Positions 41,895 through 56,112 of a stretch of DNA of 64,000 nucleotides are shown piece by piece. Each line of letters opens with the position of its first letter. The first letter of the stretch is position 1. The notes beneath the pieces were generated by a model. That model was not told where the DNA came from. It worked only from the letters and a program-made list of their open reading frames with translations, and did no database searches. This DNA is from the human T2T-CHM13v2.0 reference genome, Homo sapiens. Both the position numbers and the translations under genes were made by a program. The DNA lies in assembly GCF_009914755.1 (NCBI RefSeq), contig NC_060945.1; one strand, 5' to 3'.

Positions 41895-42905
41895 AAGAAA
41901 CGTTTCTATCGCACAAAATAAAGTAAAGCTGTGCAGTACAGTATTTTTTCCACATGGCAATTTTTGAAACTTGGAGATTTTCAATGTTCACAGTTTCCTT
42001 CATGCAATGCTCTATCCTAGTTCAGGGGACAGGATTTCTCTAGTTAACAGATATTCTGTCTTTGGAAATGACTGATCTAAATGTCAGTCTGCATGTCTTT
42101 CCAGGAAGGCATCATCATCGTAAGGTGCCATTATGAATAACATTCTGAGATCACCTGAAACACTAACTTAAAAATAAGACATGCTAAGTTTTAAAATCAT
42201 AGCATTTTCTCTCATTTTTAAAATGATTAATTTATCATAAAGGAAACACTAGGTTCACTGTCTCATTCTGCAAATTGTGAGGAATTACATTTGAAGGTAA
42301 GCAGGCCACTTACAACTTATTCATCCTAGTCTTCAATTATTACAGCTATTTAAGTGATAATTGCTATTCTAATTTCACTAGAATTCCAACTATAATAGGA
42401 AAAGAGGTAAATAACTTTTCAGGGGCTCATGCTTGCATTTCTTTGATTATACAAGAGAAAAGAAGACAATATGTGAGTTTCTCTTCACTCACTTTTGGCA
42501 ACTTCTGTCTGTGCATTAAGAATTCTAGAGCTGTAGCACCAGGAGGACAGGACCACCCTGTATTCAAATTGGGAGCCTCTACAAAGTCACCTTTAGACTG
42601 CAGAGTCATGCTTTTCTCATCAAACCAGCCAGCCCTAATTTTCTTTAGGTGTCATTTGTTTACATTTCAAAATGAATAAATTCCTGTCAACGTGTTCAAT
42701 GTAGTACTTGAAATGAAATACTGGATATGTCACACAGACAGCTGAGATTATCTTCTGAAGTCCTAAGATTCTGATTAATGAGAAAATGATGTAAAGCCAG
42801 ATTCTTCTCCCATTCCTCCAGGTTTCTAGCTTGAAATTTGCCTTCTGAAAGTAAGCCAGCTTTTCTCCTCCAAAGTAGTGCCAGGTTTCTGTCTGCTAAG
42901 GGGAC

Positions 42906-43267
42906 TGATATGGTTTGACTCTGTGTCCCCACCTAAATCTCATCTTGAATTGTAATCTCCATGTGTTGAGGGAGGGATCTGGTGGGAAGTGACTGGATCA
43001 TGGGGGTGGTTCCCCCATGCTGTTCTCATGATAATGCAGGAGTTTTCACAAGATCTGATGGTTTTATAAGTGTTTGGTAGTTCCTCCAGCTTTCATTCTC
43101 CTTCCTGCTCCCCTGTGAAGAAGATGCCTGCTTCCCCTTTGCCTTCTGCCATGATTGTAAGTTTCCTGAGGCTTCCCCAGCCATATGAAATTGTGAGTTC
43201 ATTAAACCTCTTTTCTTCATAAATTACCCCATCTCAGGCATTCTTTACATGAAAATGGACTAATACA
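42906..43267 (+). mobile_element. THE1D/MSTA MaLR solo LTR
   Basis: TGATATGGTTTG...CCCCACCTAAATCTCATCTTGAATTGTAA...GGACTAATACA; exact TSD GGGAC. Confidence 0.92.
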
Positions 43268-45620
43268 GGGACTAAGCGTCACAAGAAGGCATAAAGCCTT
43301 CAGTGTATTGCAGCTCTGTCCAATGGTGGTCAAATTATTTGAGGAGTGGGTGGGCTGGGGTTAGTATTAGAGTTTACATCATGGTCCTGTCTTTTGACTT
43401 TTGTCCTTCCCTTTCTCCTGCCCTTAGGGTATCAGAGCCAGGAGGGTGGCTGACTCTGATGATAGAACAAGAGCCAAATATGCTCCTGATGCTCCAGTAG
43501 AGTGGTCTTCAGGTGATCGAGATTCCGAGCTCCCAAACCAAGGCAAGAATAAGGAAACTGGAACAGGAGGGCATGCTGGGCTCCAGCCTCCCGTGACAGT
43601 GAAACATTGCCTTAGAATGACTGTTGTTAATACAATTGAGGAAATATAACACGTAATCTTGTGATTAAGTTATACACAATTTGATTTAAATTTAGTTCCT
43701 GGCAGTTGCTAGGTTTCACTCTGGCATACTCTCTCAGTGTGGAAGCTGCTGATTCAGAAAGAGATGTTCCAAAGCTCATGTATTTCCTGGACACATCCAA
43801 GTACTGAATAAAATGCTGGTTAAATAAATGAGTTAATTTTCCAAGAAAGACACCAATTACTTTTAGATTCTTTTGCTTTCTTAAGCAGATGTGTACACAT
43901 TCGGAAACATAATTGGAGGGAGGATAGAATGGGGGAAAACATGGAACTGCTGGGAGCTCAGTCAGAGACTGAAGATGATGCAGAGACTTATTGAGAGGAC
44001 CACATTGGGTGCCTGGAAACTGGAAGAACAAGACACTTGGACTCCTATTTTTTCACAAGTTGGTAGGATGGGGACAGAAGCATGGGAGGTGAAAACATTA
44101 TCTAGGATTAAATACTACTTTCAGTTTACTAGTGCCACAGAAAACACTTTATTTTTCCACGGATGTTCAGAAACCTTTATTTATTTCCTCCCTTAGCAGT
44201 GTGGATTTTGTAGGACAGAACCATACTAATTTCATACAGATGCTGGGACTGTCTCTAGGCAGAGTTAATTAGTGTTAGTTAACAGCATTAGTGTACCCAC
44301 ATCCATAAAAAAGTAATTTCCCTATTGCAAAGTCATCTAAAATTTTGTGTCAGCTCAGACTCTCCTATTTCCCCTGAATGTCATTCAAAGGAAACACCAC
44401 TAACAAAAAGCTAATTAACCTCCACAGAAATAATTTTTAAATCCAAAGTTTGATGTCCAAATTCCCCTAGGCAAGGTCAGTAGTGAAGCCACACAATCAA
44501 TGCTGATGGCTATATCTTCATAAACAAATAAACACATCATAAGATCATAAGATAACTGATTTCTAGATACCTACACAGTAGCAGAAATCAGAAAGGTACC
44601 TGCTCCTCACAAAAGCATCAGAATTAAAAGCATTGTGAACTTCCTTTTGATAGTTTGGATGCAAAAATTAAATATATTATAAACGTGAATAAACTTCACC
44701 TTATCCTTAACAAGCTAGATACTGGAACTTAGAGATATTAAAATAGTGAATTCAGAAAACTTAGGGCTTTCAGTCTTCAATTCCCAGACTATTTATAAAA
44801 TGCATTCCAAGCCCTTTTAGATGTTTTATACATTATTATTGACTTGAAAATATAAATCGAATAGGTTGAAATAAAACATGATTTTCAAATGGAGAAAAAA
44901 TAGTGAGATATATTTCCTTTAAAAGATCATGACCTCTTTGCATTTCTGTCTCCCTTCTTATAGCTCCTGCCTCTGGCAGAGCCACATGCTCTTAGAAGAA
45001 CAGAGGAATAGTCTAATATAGTGCCAAGAAGTCAAAGACCTTTATTTCTTTCTAAGTTACTTGAGCACTGTGCACACACCACACTTGAGTGTGCAGCATT
45101 TTTGTCCCTCCTACTTTTATTTTATAAGAAAATCTAATATGTCTCTTTTTTCTGCTTGCTTTTATGAGTAGAGATTATGCTTTCAAGTAATGAGAAAGGC
45201 TCATTTCTTCACTTTGCAATTTCCTTCTAATCTTTTTTATTTTTATTTTTCCACCTTGAGAGGTCTCCTTGCTACCTTATACCCTAATGGATTCCTCCGT
45301 GCTCCACAGACATGGCTACAGATTTATTTAAGTTATTGCATTCCTTCTGTCTTCTGTCATTCAACTGCAAACTCTGTAAAATTCTTTTCTTTCTAGCCCT
45401 AAATTGGCTATATAAGATGGCTTTTCCCAATAGTTACTGAGAGGGCCTTTAGGGAAAGAATGCTCTTTGGCTGACCCTGAACCACCATATGCCAGGGGAC
45501 AGTTAATCCTGCTTCGAATGGGGACTAAGAGGGAGGAAGTAGAGCAGAATAAGAATCCCTCCCTCTGACAAATACAGCAAACTGGGTTATATTGTCCACC
45601 TGCATGTTGTCCACCTGTGA

Positions 45621-45998
<378 letters not shown>

Positions 45999-46102
45999 AG
46001 AAAGTTCTTCTTTAGACAACTCAGTATGTTCTTGGCATATCCTACACTCAGCCACAGGCCTTAAAACAAAATCCTTCCAAGCATGATGTTCTTAATATAA
46101 AA

Positions 46103-46312
46103 CAGTAGTTCTGAATCACAGACGATTTTATTGTCTCCACCCCTAGCTACATTTTGGCATTATCTGAAGACATTTTTGATTGTTACGATTGAGTAGGTGC
46201 TACTGGCTTCCAGTGGGTAGAGGCCAGGGTGTTGCTAAACATTCTGCAATGCACAGGGCAGCCCCCCACAATGAAGAATAATCTGATCCTTCTGTTGAGG
46301 TTGAGGAATCCT
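46103..46312 (-). mobile_element. MER20 hAT-Charlie MITE
   Basis: GGTGCTACTGGC...GTGGGTAGAGGCCAGGG...TGCTAAACAT.CTGCAATGCACAGG. Confidence 0.8.
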
Positions 46313-47636
46313 GAGATAGAGGTCTGACTCCCATCTCTTCAAGCCAGAAAATACATAAGACCTGGTTGAGAGGCCTGCAAAGCTTTTGATAACACCAAGT
46401 TTTGGATTTTATTCCACAGACAAAATCAAAACCAGCATTGTTGCATCCATGACTCACTAGCACACAGTAGCATTGCTAGAGTAAATAGCTACCTGTTTCT
46501 AAATATTCTTTCTCACACATAGAGACAGCTGTTCGTGAGCATAGTACGATATACTTCATCAGAGGGACTTCTCTGAAAACTTGTTTGTATAAGGGAGAAG
46601 AATAAGTGAAGTTGCTCTTCTCCCCCAGGGCCGCATGTACTTTGAAAACAGTCTCTTTGAAATGGCTTCCCTCTTCTAAATCTTCTTGAGGTTATAATGC
46701 AGAGTATTTTCTTTGATGTTTCTTCCGTCTGTCTCTCTTTATGAAAGAAGCTCTTCAATTGCATGAAAGGCTCTGTTATGGGATTGTTTCCCAAAGACTG
46801 AAGATTCTGGGGTCTTAACTCATTTAGTAGTAAAATAGGAGTGCACTTTGTAGGACCCACCTTCTCCTAGCACTTTCCTGAGTCTGCCTAAGTGTAGAAA
46901 TTCCCAAGCTAGCTAGACAGCAACTTTCTCTGTGGGGCTGTGTGACTGGCACATACTTCATCCGAAGGAGGGGTAGAATGGTGCCCATGGAAAAGGGAGA
47001 AAGAAAATGAGAAAAATCACAAAACCACTGAATATTAATGCATCATAAAATCAGGGGAAATGGTCAAATAAAGGAATGGGACAATGTGTGTGTTTTAAAA
47101 TATCCTGTATGTCTTTTTCTGGATATTTCCAGGATGTGTATGGATGTCGATTGTAGTAAACAGAATTATTATCTATACATTACAGCCTCTTAATGGGATC
47201 TGCAATAATAATGGAATTCTTTTGAACATTTTCTATAATTAATCTAGACAGCAATTTGCTCATATGTATGTGGCTTTTAGAACAATTAAGAGAATACAAC
47301 CTGTCTGCATTATGGAAGTTGTTGTGACCTTCATATAAAAAAAGGTTTGCTCAGGAGAAAGATGGAAAAAAAAAAAGAACTGCAATATAAAAATATTCTA
47401 TAACATAAATTTTTTAAAACACAGGACTTTGGACATTGTGGGAGGAAGAAGTACCCCATTAATATATTTATTTCTCTACAGTAGGAAAGTCTCCAGCAAT
47501 CAGAGAACAATTTTAGAGGTCTCAAAAGGCTCTTGTGCTTCAACTTTTAATCTGGTAGTGACAGGCAATTGAAGTAGACTTGCCTTTGAGTCAGAAGTCC
47601 CTACTCCTCTTCTCTTTCATTTTGGTTCAAGTTAAT

Positions 47637-47712
47637 TTCTCCTCAGCTGAAATTTGTATGTATGTGTGTGTGTGTGTGTGTTTGTGTGTGTGTGTTCTCC
47701 TCAGCTGAAATT

Positions 47713-47756
<44 letters not shown>
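47637..47756. repeat. Two (TG)n tracts, each preceded by the same 18-mer
   Basis: TTCTCCTCAGCTGAAATT at 47637 and 47695, each followed by a TG run. Confidence 0.9.
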
Positions 47757-47759
<3 letters not shown>

Positions 47760-48164
47760 ATTCCATGTAATGGAAAGACAATAAGAGACAGAACATTTGT
47801 ATTTTACTTCCATGACTTGCCTTTTTGGCTTCACTCCAGATAAAACTATTTTTAAGCGCTGGCAATGGGGTCCCAGCTACCAATCTTCCGTGCTGGAGGT
47901 GACGGTGTAGAAAGGAGCAAAAAGTGCTTTCCCTCATGCAAGGTGCTTGAAGGTGTTTATACGGGAAAATGATTATCGAGAGTTTTTAGGCTGGATGACC
48001 TCCTTTATGGGGAAGATGTTCTTCAGGAAGCCAAGAGACTTGAGTGCTAAGAGACTTGGGTGCTAATTCTGGGTATGCCTACAGCTTCTTGGCTTTGAAA
48101 AAGACACTGATGAGTCAGTTGTTTTCATCTCTGATCTGGGATAATAAAATCTGATGCCAATGAT

Positions 48165-48560
48165 CTTAGTCCCTTAAAAGTGGAACCTGAGGCCAAGGCT
48201 TTTGTGCGAGTCTTTTGAGATGGGAATTCTGGGGAGAAATACAGGACAGGAGAGTAAAATAGAAAAGGAGAGAAAGACGATACAACGATGCATTACTGAG
48301 CTGTCCACCACTATAAATACCTGGTGCTTGATTCTGCAGGGACCTTCTGAGAGCCTTCTGAATGGTGTCTCAGAACTGTCCACCCAGGGCACAAAAAGAG
48401 GAAGCATGATGTATCCGTTTTCACTCCCATCGGTTAAGAATGGCACCATGGGTGTTAATGTCCTCCGCCTCTGGGTTGCATGGGCATATGTGCAGGGGGG
48501 ATGCCACCTGAACCCCATGCTGCAGATCGGAGGAGCCCGGGGAGGAAGAGAGAGGCAGCC
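48165..48560 (-). mobile_element. Old ERVL LTR (LTR16/LTR33-like)
   Basis: CCCTTAAAAGTGGAACCTGAGGCCAAGG...GCATTACTGAGCTG...GGGACCTTCTGAG resembles antisense ERVL LTRs. Confidence 0.45.
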
Positions 48561-48987
48561 AGACAGACCATGCTGAAGAGTTGTCTATTTCAGTCTCCTA
48601 AAACCAGATTTGAGCTCGTTCTGTTCACCATACACACATTTTCTGTCCTCAACTTACGCAGTTTTCCTGATGTGTCTTCTTCTTTGACTGAAGAATTGCA
48701 AGTCTATTCTTCACACTCAAGTCAAATATAACTTTCCACCAAGCTGTTTCTAATGATAGTGAATACCGTGTTTACTTCAAAATGTTGCTTTGAGGATTAA
48801 ATGAGAAAATGCTTTTAAAGCATTTAGCGTAGTCTTAAGCATAGAGGTAACAATCAATCAATTATTGTTGTTCTTTAAATTTTTTTTCTTAATGATTATT
48901 ATATTTGCTAGATTACTAAGCACCATGAGGGCAGAAACTGTGCCATTTGTGAGTGGCTCATATAGTGCCTGGCTACTAGTAGGTGTT

Positions 48988-49780
48988 TGTTATAGGTAGA
49001 ATTGTGACAAGCAAAAAAAGACACCTTGTAATCAGAACCTGAGAACATGACTTTATTAGGAGACAAGGTATTTATAGAGGGAATCAAATTAAAACGAGGT
49101 CACTAGGATGGGCCCTAATGCCATACAACAGGAGTCTTTATAAAAAGGGGACATTTTGACACAGAGACAGACGCGTACAGAGAGAAGATGATGTGAAGAC
49201 ACAGGGAGAATTCATCTACAACTGCAGTCCCCAACCTTTTTGGCATGAGAAACCGGTTTCCTGGAAGATAATTTTTCCAAGGACTGGAGGTGAGGGGTGG
49301 TGGGAGCTGGTTTTGGGATGAAACGGTTCCACCTTAGATCATCAGGTATTAGATTCTCATAAGGAGTGTGCAACCTACATCCCTCCCATGCGCAGTTCAC
49401 AATAGGGTTTGCGCTCCTAAGAGAATCTAATGTCCCCGCTGATCTGACAAGAGGCGGAGCTCAGGTGGTAATGCTCACTTACCCGCTGGCCACTCATCTC
49501 CTGTTGTGAGCGGTTCCTAACAGGCCATGGACCGGTACCGGTCTATGCCCCTGTGGGACTGGGGATCCCTGATACACAAGCCAAGGAATACCTGAGGCTT
49601 CTAGAAGCTAGGAGGGAGACCGGGGACAGATTCTCCCTTACGGCCCTCAGGAGCAACCAACCCTGCTAACATCTTGATTTCAGCCTTCTAGCCTTCAAAA
49701 CTGCAGGATAATAAATTTCTGGTTTTCTAAGCCACCCAGGTTATGGTACTTTGTTATGGCAGTCTTAGGAAGCTAATACA
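48988..49780 (+). mobile_element. MLT1B/C MaLR solo LTR containing MER1B
   Basis: TGTTATAGG start, GGGCCCTAAT, TAAGCCACCCAG...CTAATACA end; exact TSD GTGTT. Confidence 0.88.
49222..49571 (+). mobile_element. MER1B hAT-Charlie element
   Basis: CAGTCCCCAACCTTTTTGGCA...TTAGATTCTCATAAGGAG...GGGGATCCCTG; 8-bp near-TSD ATCTACAA/ATACACAA. Confidence 0.9.
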
Positions 49781-52700
49781 GTGTTCACTGAATTTTTGAG
49801 TTTTTGGAATAAATAGATGAGTGACAAAGATGTGAGTATGATGTTGTTTTTTATAGTAGTTCACCCTACATATCTTTCAACGTCCAGATAAATTCCCACG
49901 AGTGCTATTCTATAGTCCTTCCCTGATCTTCTGGATGCGGGGAGATCTTCTCTATCAGTAACTGCATAGTTCTTCTTTCAACTGATACAAACACTGCTTT
50001 GTGACTTTTCTGGAATGGCTAGACAACTCGCGTTTTAAATTTATGGTCCAAGTATATATGAATACTTCATCCGGAATTGGAAACAGATTGTGTCACCCAT
50101 CGTGCTCAGCTTCATCGAGTTAAATGCCTGAAGGCCCTATATGTTAGTAAATGCCCCAATCTGCTTCTCCAGTAGTGCCCACGTCTGGGTCTGATGCTCT
50201 GCTTCCTTCCATATGTGACATTTCTAACATCAGCGTAACAAAGTGAGAGGGTGCAGGGGTGCCGATGACTCCAACAATGACCCTTGTCAGCACTTGTGGG
50301 ATTGGGACAAATGACTGCTAATATTCAGATATATAAAACATGCACATGTAGCCACCACTGTCTCCAGGCAGGAAGGTGACCAGGCAGGCTGGAAAGCAGA
50401 GAGACTCACATCCATTTTTTGAATACCCAAACCCATATACTCCCAACAGGATTTTGATAAATGTATTACTCAAATAAATCTAGTTTACTGTTTTTGTGCA
50501 AACAGATAAATATCTTCCTACCACTTCTTGTTCCAACTTGCTTCAACAAGAACATCTAATAAAAATATCTTATTTCAGCATTTGTTCATGGCTTGTGCAG
50601 ACATTGTTTTTGAAATAATAGTCTTTAAAACGCTGGTCTCAAAATGCTTTCATGAGAAATTCATAGAGGCAAAATATTCACTTGCCTAGGTCCTCAGTAG
50701 TGGTTGATAAAAATTTTAGCAATTAGTGTCACCTTATTTCAGTATGAAACAGAAAACAGTGATGTTCTTATTATTAAGTCTTCTAAATTAGTAAGTGGGA
50801 TGAGTCAGGAGGGAATTAATGACACCAAAGGTAAAAATAATGTAGTGAATATGGTTGTATTAGGAAATTTTAATTAAATGTGGTTTCTATTATAATTGGT
50901 TCTGATATTTTATTAACATGCTTCTACATGTAACTCTATCAAAATATGCATACAATCATGCCAACAGTTTTTAAACATTTGAGGTTTTAATAAATCCAGT
51001 ACCCATAGTGACTCTGATAGTTGCAGTGTTTAAATGAAAAACCATGTCAACATTTTATTTTATCTGAATTATGTAGTTCCAAAACTCATACTATGGCTGC
51101 CCTAAAAACAGCTACTCATTCCGTTTTCTCCCAGAGAACTTTATACATATATTTGGTAGAGCAGGGATTCACTACTGTTAATAAATAAGAAGGCCCCGAT
51201 GTCTAATGGAGTAAGAGAAATAAAATATAAGCTTTGTGGGGGAAAACAAGGTACTAATTACGTTTACTTTTATTTTCATTTGATGATAATTGATTTTTGT
51301 TTCAAGATCAGTAGAGTATGTGATCTCCATGCTCTTGCATTTAGGACTAGCTGAAGTCTTGGTAGAAGCAGAGGGCATGCTGGCCAGTGAAATGTTATTC
51401 TTGGACTTCAGTTTTTCCTTCTATAACAAATACTAGTAATGGTTGGTACCTGGCTCATGGGAAAGGTGTTCATACGCTTGATGTCACGCTGATGGGAAAA
51501 TGTTGATCTGATTGGCTGCACAAACCCAAGCCAGTGTGGGCTGGATATCACTGATGAGTAAGTGACATTCCCTTGTTGAGAATCAGAAGTTGACATCACC
51601 CAGTAAGCACCTTTTGGCTATACCAGTAGTGAAAATATTGAAAATACTGCTGTATTGCCAGCTGGCAAATAGCTGCTGTCTTAAGACTCTGGGAGCTCCT
51701 CCCACTCCTATCACTATGCCCGCCCCCTAGTCCCTCCTGTAAGGTCACTGTATTCCTCTAGTTCTACCAAATAAAAGATGAACACTCAGCAAGCAGCTCT
51801 GGGACAGCCAGATCCATTCTTTTTAGTTGATGCCAAGTCCCCCAGTTGTTTGAATACCATTCCTGGAGTTATGATACCAATCTCATAGTTTATTCGTTGG
51901 AACTTGCCATTTTCAAAAGATCAGTGCATTATTCAAAAACAAATTAATTCCTTTTGGAAGATCTGGTTCTTTTTACAGGCACATTTTTTTTCACTTCATT
52001 GAATCTTTCGAAATGGAAATGTTTAAACACTCTTGGCTGTTTTTTATTGAAATACGTCTTGGTCCATAGGTAAGAAAATCAACTGAATACAATTTTTGTT
52101 CATTATTGAAGAAGGCTGTAACTCATATTTAAGAAGTGTTTGCTGCCCTTTTTGAGTTATACTATGAAAAAATGACTTTAGATAAAAATAGTTTTTGAAA
52201 GTGTGTTATTTGTCTACAACAGCATCAACACTCAGGGACAACCGTTTCCTGCCCTCTTGAAGCTAATTTCTAACTTTCCAATACACTAGTGTAAACCATT
52301 TCTTACATACTATTTCAACAGAACCAAAAATCAATAGCAAAATGTTTTAAACTACAAAGACATAGTCTTCTATGTAATCAAGGACAAAGTTTTATCTTTC
52401 ATATCCTTTTGGAGAGGAACTCAATTAACTATTTGTCATCCCCCCCACCCTTTTTTGAACAAAAACTAATTGCAGTTCTAAAATTTTCCTCATTAAAATA
52501 GAGCACTGTTTAAAACCAGTTTGTAAATTTGCGTATGTGAAACCCAAAAAAGAGATCCTTAAAAGGTTCAAATACTAAAATTGTGCAAAGAGCCATCAAC
52601 AAATTAGGCAGAAGCAGTTTGCAAAGTAGATGGGCCCATTTTCTTCACCACTTAATGGTTATGTTGGGTTAATTACGCATATGATAAATATCATGTTTCA

Positions 52701-54167
52701 GAAAAATTTTAAGTTTTCATTGAACTTTGTTACTATGTATTTCCTATATTCTTCTGTGTCAATGTTAATGTCCTCAATTAAAATTTCTAATGATTGGAAA
52801 ATTTTTTAACCTGTATTGCTCCATTTAGTAATACAGGGGCAATGAACAAATGCTGTTAATGATGATGATGGTGGTGATGTTGAGGGAGAGGAGGCTGATA
52901 AGGAGTCCATGTAACTTATAGATGGGTGCAAGAATTTAAATTCCTCAACAGAAATTCTGGAGAACAGATGCTTTATAAACTTTTATGATAATATCTTTTT
53001 GTATTAGTTATATAAAAACAAAGCAGTAAGGAACAGGGCTCTCGTCTGCTTTGTATCAGTGTAAGTCCTTCTTCTGAACATTCTGCAAGCGAGAGGACTG
53101 GGAGAAGATAAATGCACAGGACACAGAGGGCTGTATTTTCTCTAGGCTTCAACTCATTTTGGCCCATGGCAGTATATTCTGAAAATAGTATTTCAAAATA
53201 AGCACTGACAAATGTTCAGTGACAGGGTTGGCTTCCCTTCTTCACCTATGTTAGGTAATCGGCATCCACCTTTGGTATTTCCAAGTTTTCTGCTTGTCTA
53301 CTGGAGCCATGTGGGCAATTCTTCTTGACATATGTCTACCTGTCTTTCTCCAAGGCAGAGTCGTGAAATGTTTCCTTCTGCCTTCTTTATCACACTCTAC
53401 AAAGGAGCACAGCCTACTTCATCAAACATAGGCAGTAACTAGATCATCCCGCTTGGATTCCTATATATCTCTACAAGTCAGAGTCGGTGCATAACAACCT
53501 CTCGTACACCATAGCTCATCTAGAAAACGATAAAAATGTGTACAGCATAGCTCATCAGATAGCATAGCTTATCTAGAAAATGATAAAAATGTGTACAGGG
53601 CAAAGGGATGAGGGGGTTGACATCAACATCTCAGCACATTTGTAACATATTCACAGGGGCTTGCATGTATTTTGTGGAAAAATCTGTCATAAACTAAGGC
53701 AATTTAAACTACATTCATTCAACTTAAAATAATAGCAAAACAACACACCTTCTCAAGTCTTGTCCATCCCTTTCCCGTCTGAAAAAAGTGTTTACTCATT
53801 CACTCAATCCAACTTTTATTTTTAGGCTATATGTAGCCAGACCATATCTCTATGCTGGATTTAGCATACAAAGATAAGGAACTAATATTTTCTGCTACTC
53901 GGTGGATTTATATCCTGAATATAAGCTCTACTGGCAAGGCATTCATCTTCCTTCCCTACTGTACCCTTCAATTTCTTATTCTGCAGAGAATTATAATATC
54001 CTTGCAGAGAATTATAATATCCTTATATCCATTGGTTTCTCGGTTCATCAACAGAAAGCACTTTTGTCCCCTTGGCTTACAAACCAGCAACCTACTTTTC
54101 TTTCACTAACCATATGAATACAACTTCAACATATTATTCAACAACTTAAGCAAATTCAGACTGTTAG

Positions 54168-54594
<427 letters not shown>

Positions 54595-54644
54595 ATCAAG
54601 TGCTGTTTCTTTATCTCCCTCTTTTTCTAAGTTGAGGTTTCTGA

Positions 54645-54821
54645 TCTGGCTGGCTTTATGGATGTGAGACCTGTGCAGTTGCATGGGGCTTGCACATCGG
54701 AGGACGCTGAGCTTGGTTTCATGCCCTGCTGTTGCTGTCTTGAACTTCTTAATAATTTTTGAAACAAGGGGATCCACATTTTCACTTTGCACTGGGCCTC
54801 TGAATTAAGTAGCTGGTCCTG
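54645..54821 (+). mobile_element. MER45A hAT-Tip100 MITE
   Basis: GACCTGTGCAGT...CTTAATAATTTTTGAA.CAAGGGG...CACTTTGCACTGGGCC...GTAGCTGGTCCTG. Confidence 0.82.
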
Positions 54822-54889
54822 CTCCTCATATACTATCCTGGGGTTAGTTGATTCTTTGCTTTTACTGCTAAAAACATCCACCAAAACTC

Positions 54890-55151
54890 AGCCAGGCATG
54901 GTAGCTCACGCCTGTAATCCCAGCACTCTGGGAGGCCAAGGCTGGCAGATCACGAGGTCAGGAGTTTGAGACCAGCCTGACCAACCTGGCGAAACCCCGT
55001 CTCTACTGAAAATACAAAAATTAGCCGGCATGCACCTGTAATCCCAGCTACTCAGGAGGCTGAGGTTGCAGTGAGCAGAGATTGCGCCACTGCACTCCAG
55101 CCTGGGCGACAGAGTGAGCCTCTGTCTCAAAAAAAAAAAAAAAAAAAAAAA
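54890..55151 (+). mobile_element. AluSg-type SINE with two internal deletions
   Basis: GATCACGAGGTCAGGAGTTTGAG; right arm jumps GGAGGCTGAGG|TTGCAGTGAG; long poly(A). Confidence 0.92.
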
Positions 55152-55727
55152 GTCCACCAATAGTTGCTTTGTCAATAGATGGCCTTAAACCATTGAAGAA
55201 TCAAGGAGTTTGGAATCCTGGTATTGTTGGACTTATAGACTTGTAGTACTAGAGTACAGAGAAGCACCTTTCTCTGCTTCCTCTCTCCAGCTACCAAGGA
55301 GCTCAGTTGCTCAGCTGAGGAGGTAAGAGCAGCAACCAGCCTGGACAGGCTTCTGCACTCCTGGTACAGTCCAGGGAGGCTCACCTTGCTGGTGGTATTT
55401 CCCTGCCAGCCCTCACAACTTGAACTTCCCTTCTTCCAAACCAGAAAGGAAAAAAAGGGCAACAGGAAAGGCCAGGTCTCCTGACTCTGCTCCATGGTGA
55501 GCCCTTTCCAACTGTGTGCTATTTTGCTGTTACCATGGTGATCAGTTGCTCTCTACTAAGTCATTTTTTTACCTTTCTCTTTCTTCAGTGGAAATTTGCA
55601 TTTTAGAACTTCTCCCCAAAACCTGTTCTTCTTAGCATTCCTTCTTCACTTCTACTACTGTATGAACAGACTTCCTTTTTAGATTTAAAGGCGCTAAACC
55701 TCCCTTTAGTAGTTTTATACTTACTTT

Positions 55728-56112
55728 GTATTAGTCAGTTTTCATACTGCTATAAAGAACTGCCCGAGACTGGGTAATTTATAAAGGAAAGATGTTTAAT
55801 TGACTCAAGGTTCAGCATGGCTGGAGAGGCCTCAGGAAACCTACAATCATGGCGGAAGGTGAAGGGAAGCAACGCACCTTCTTTACAAGGTGGCAGGAAG
55901 GAGAATGAATGCAGAAGGAACTACCAAACACTTTTAAAACCACCAGATATTGTGAGAACTCTCTCACTGTCATGAATATAGCATAGGGGAAATTGCCTCA
56001 ATGATTCAATTACCTCCCACGAGGTCCCTCCCTCCACACATGGGATTATGAGGATTATGGGGATTGCAATTCAAGATGAGATTTTGAGTGGGGACACTGC
56101 CAAACCATATCA
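55728..56112 (-). mobile_element. THE1D/MSTA MaLR solo LTR
   Basis: TGTATTAGTC...CTATAAAGAACTGCCCGAGACTGGGTAATTTATAAAG...CAAACCATATCA. Confidence 0.9.

Larger units (their letters stand above)
48910..49825 (+). mobile_element. L2 3' end split by the MLT1 insertion
   Basis: CATGAGGGCAG...GTGCCTGGCTACTAGTAGGTGTT | GTGTTCACTGAAT...GAATAAATAGATGA. Confidence 0.7.

Noticed and set aside
48174-48731. Overlapping 114-124 aa ORFs
   Set aside because: They lie in a probable old ERVL LTR and show no gag/pol/env motifs.
51715-51735. CTCF-like GGACTAGGGGGCG on the minus strand
   Set aside because: Lacks the conserved CC at the 5' core; better read as a GC box.
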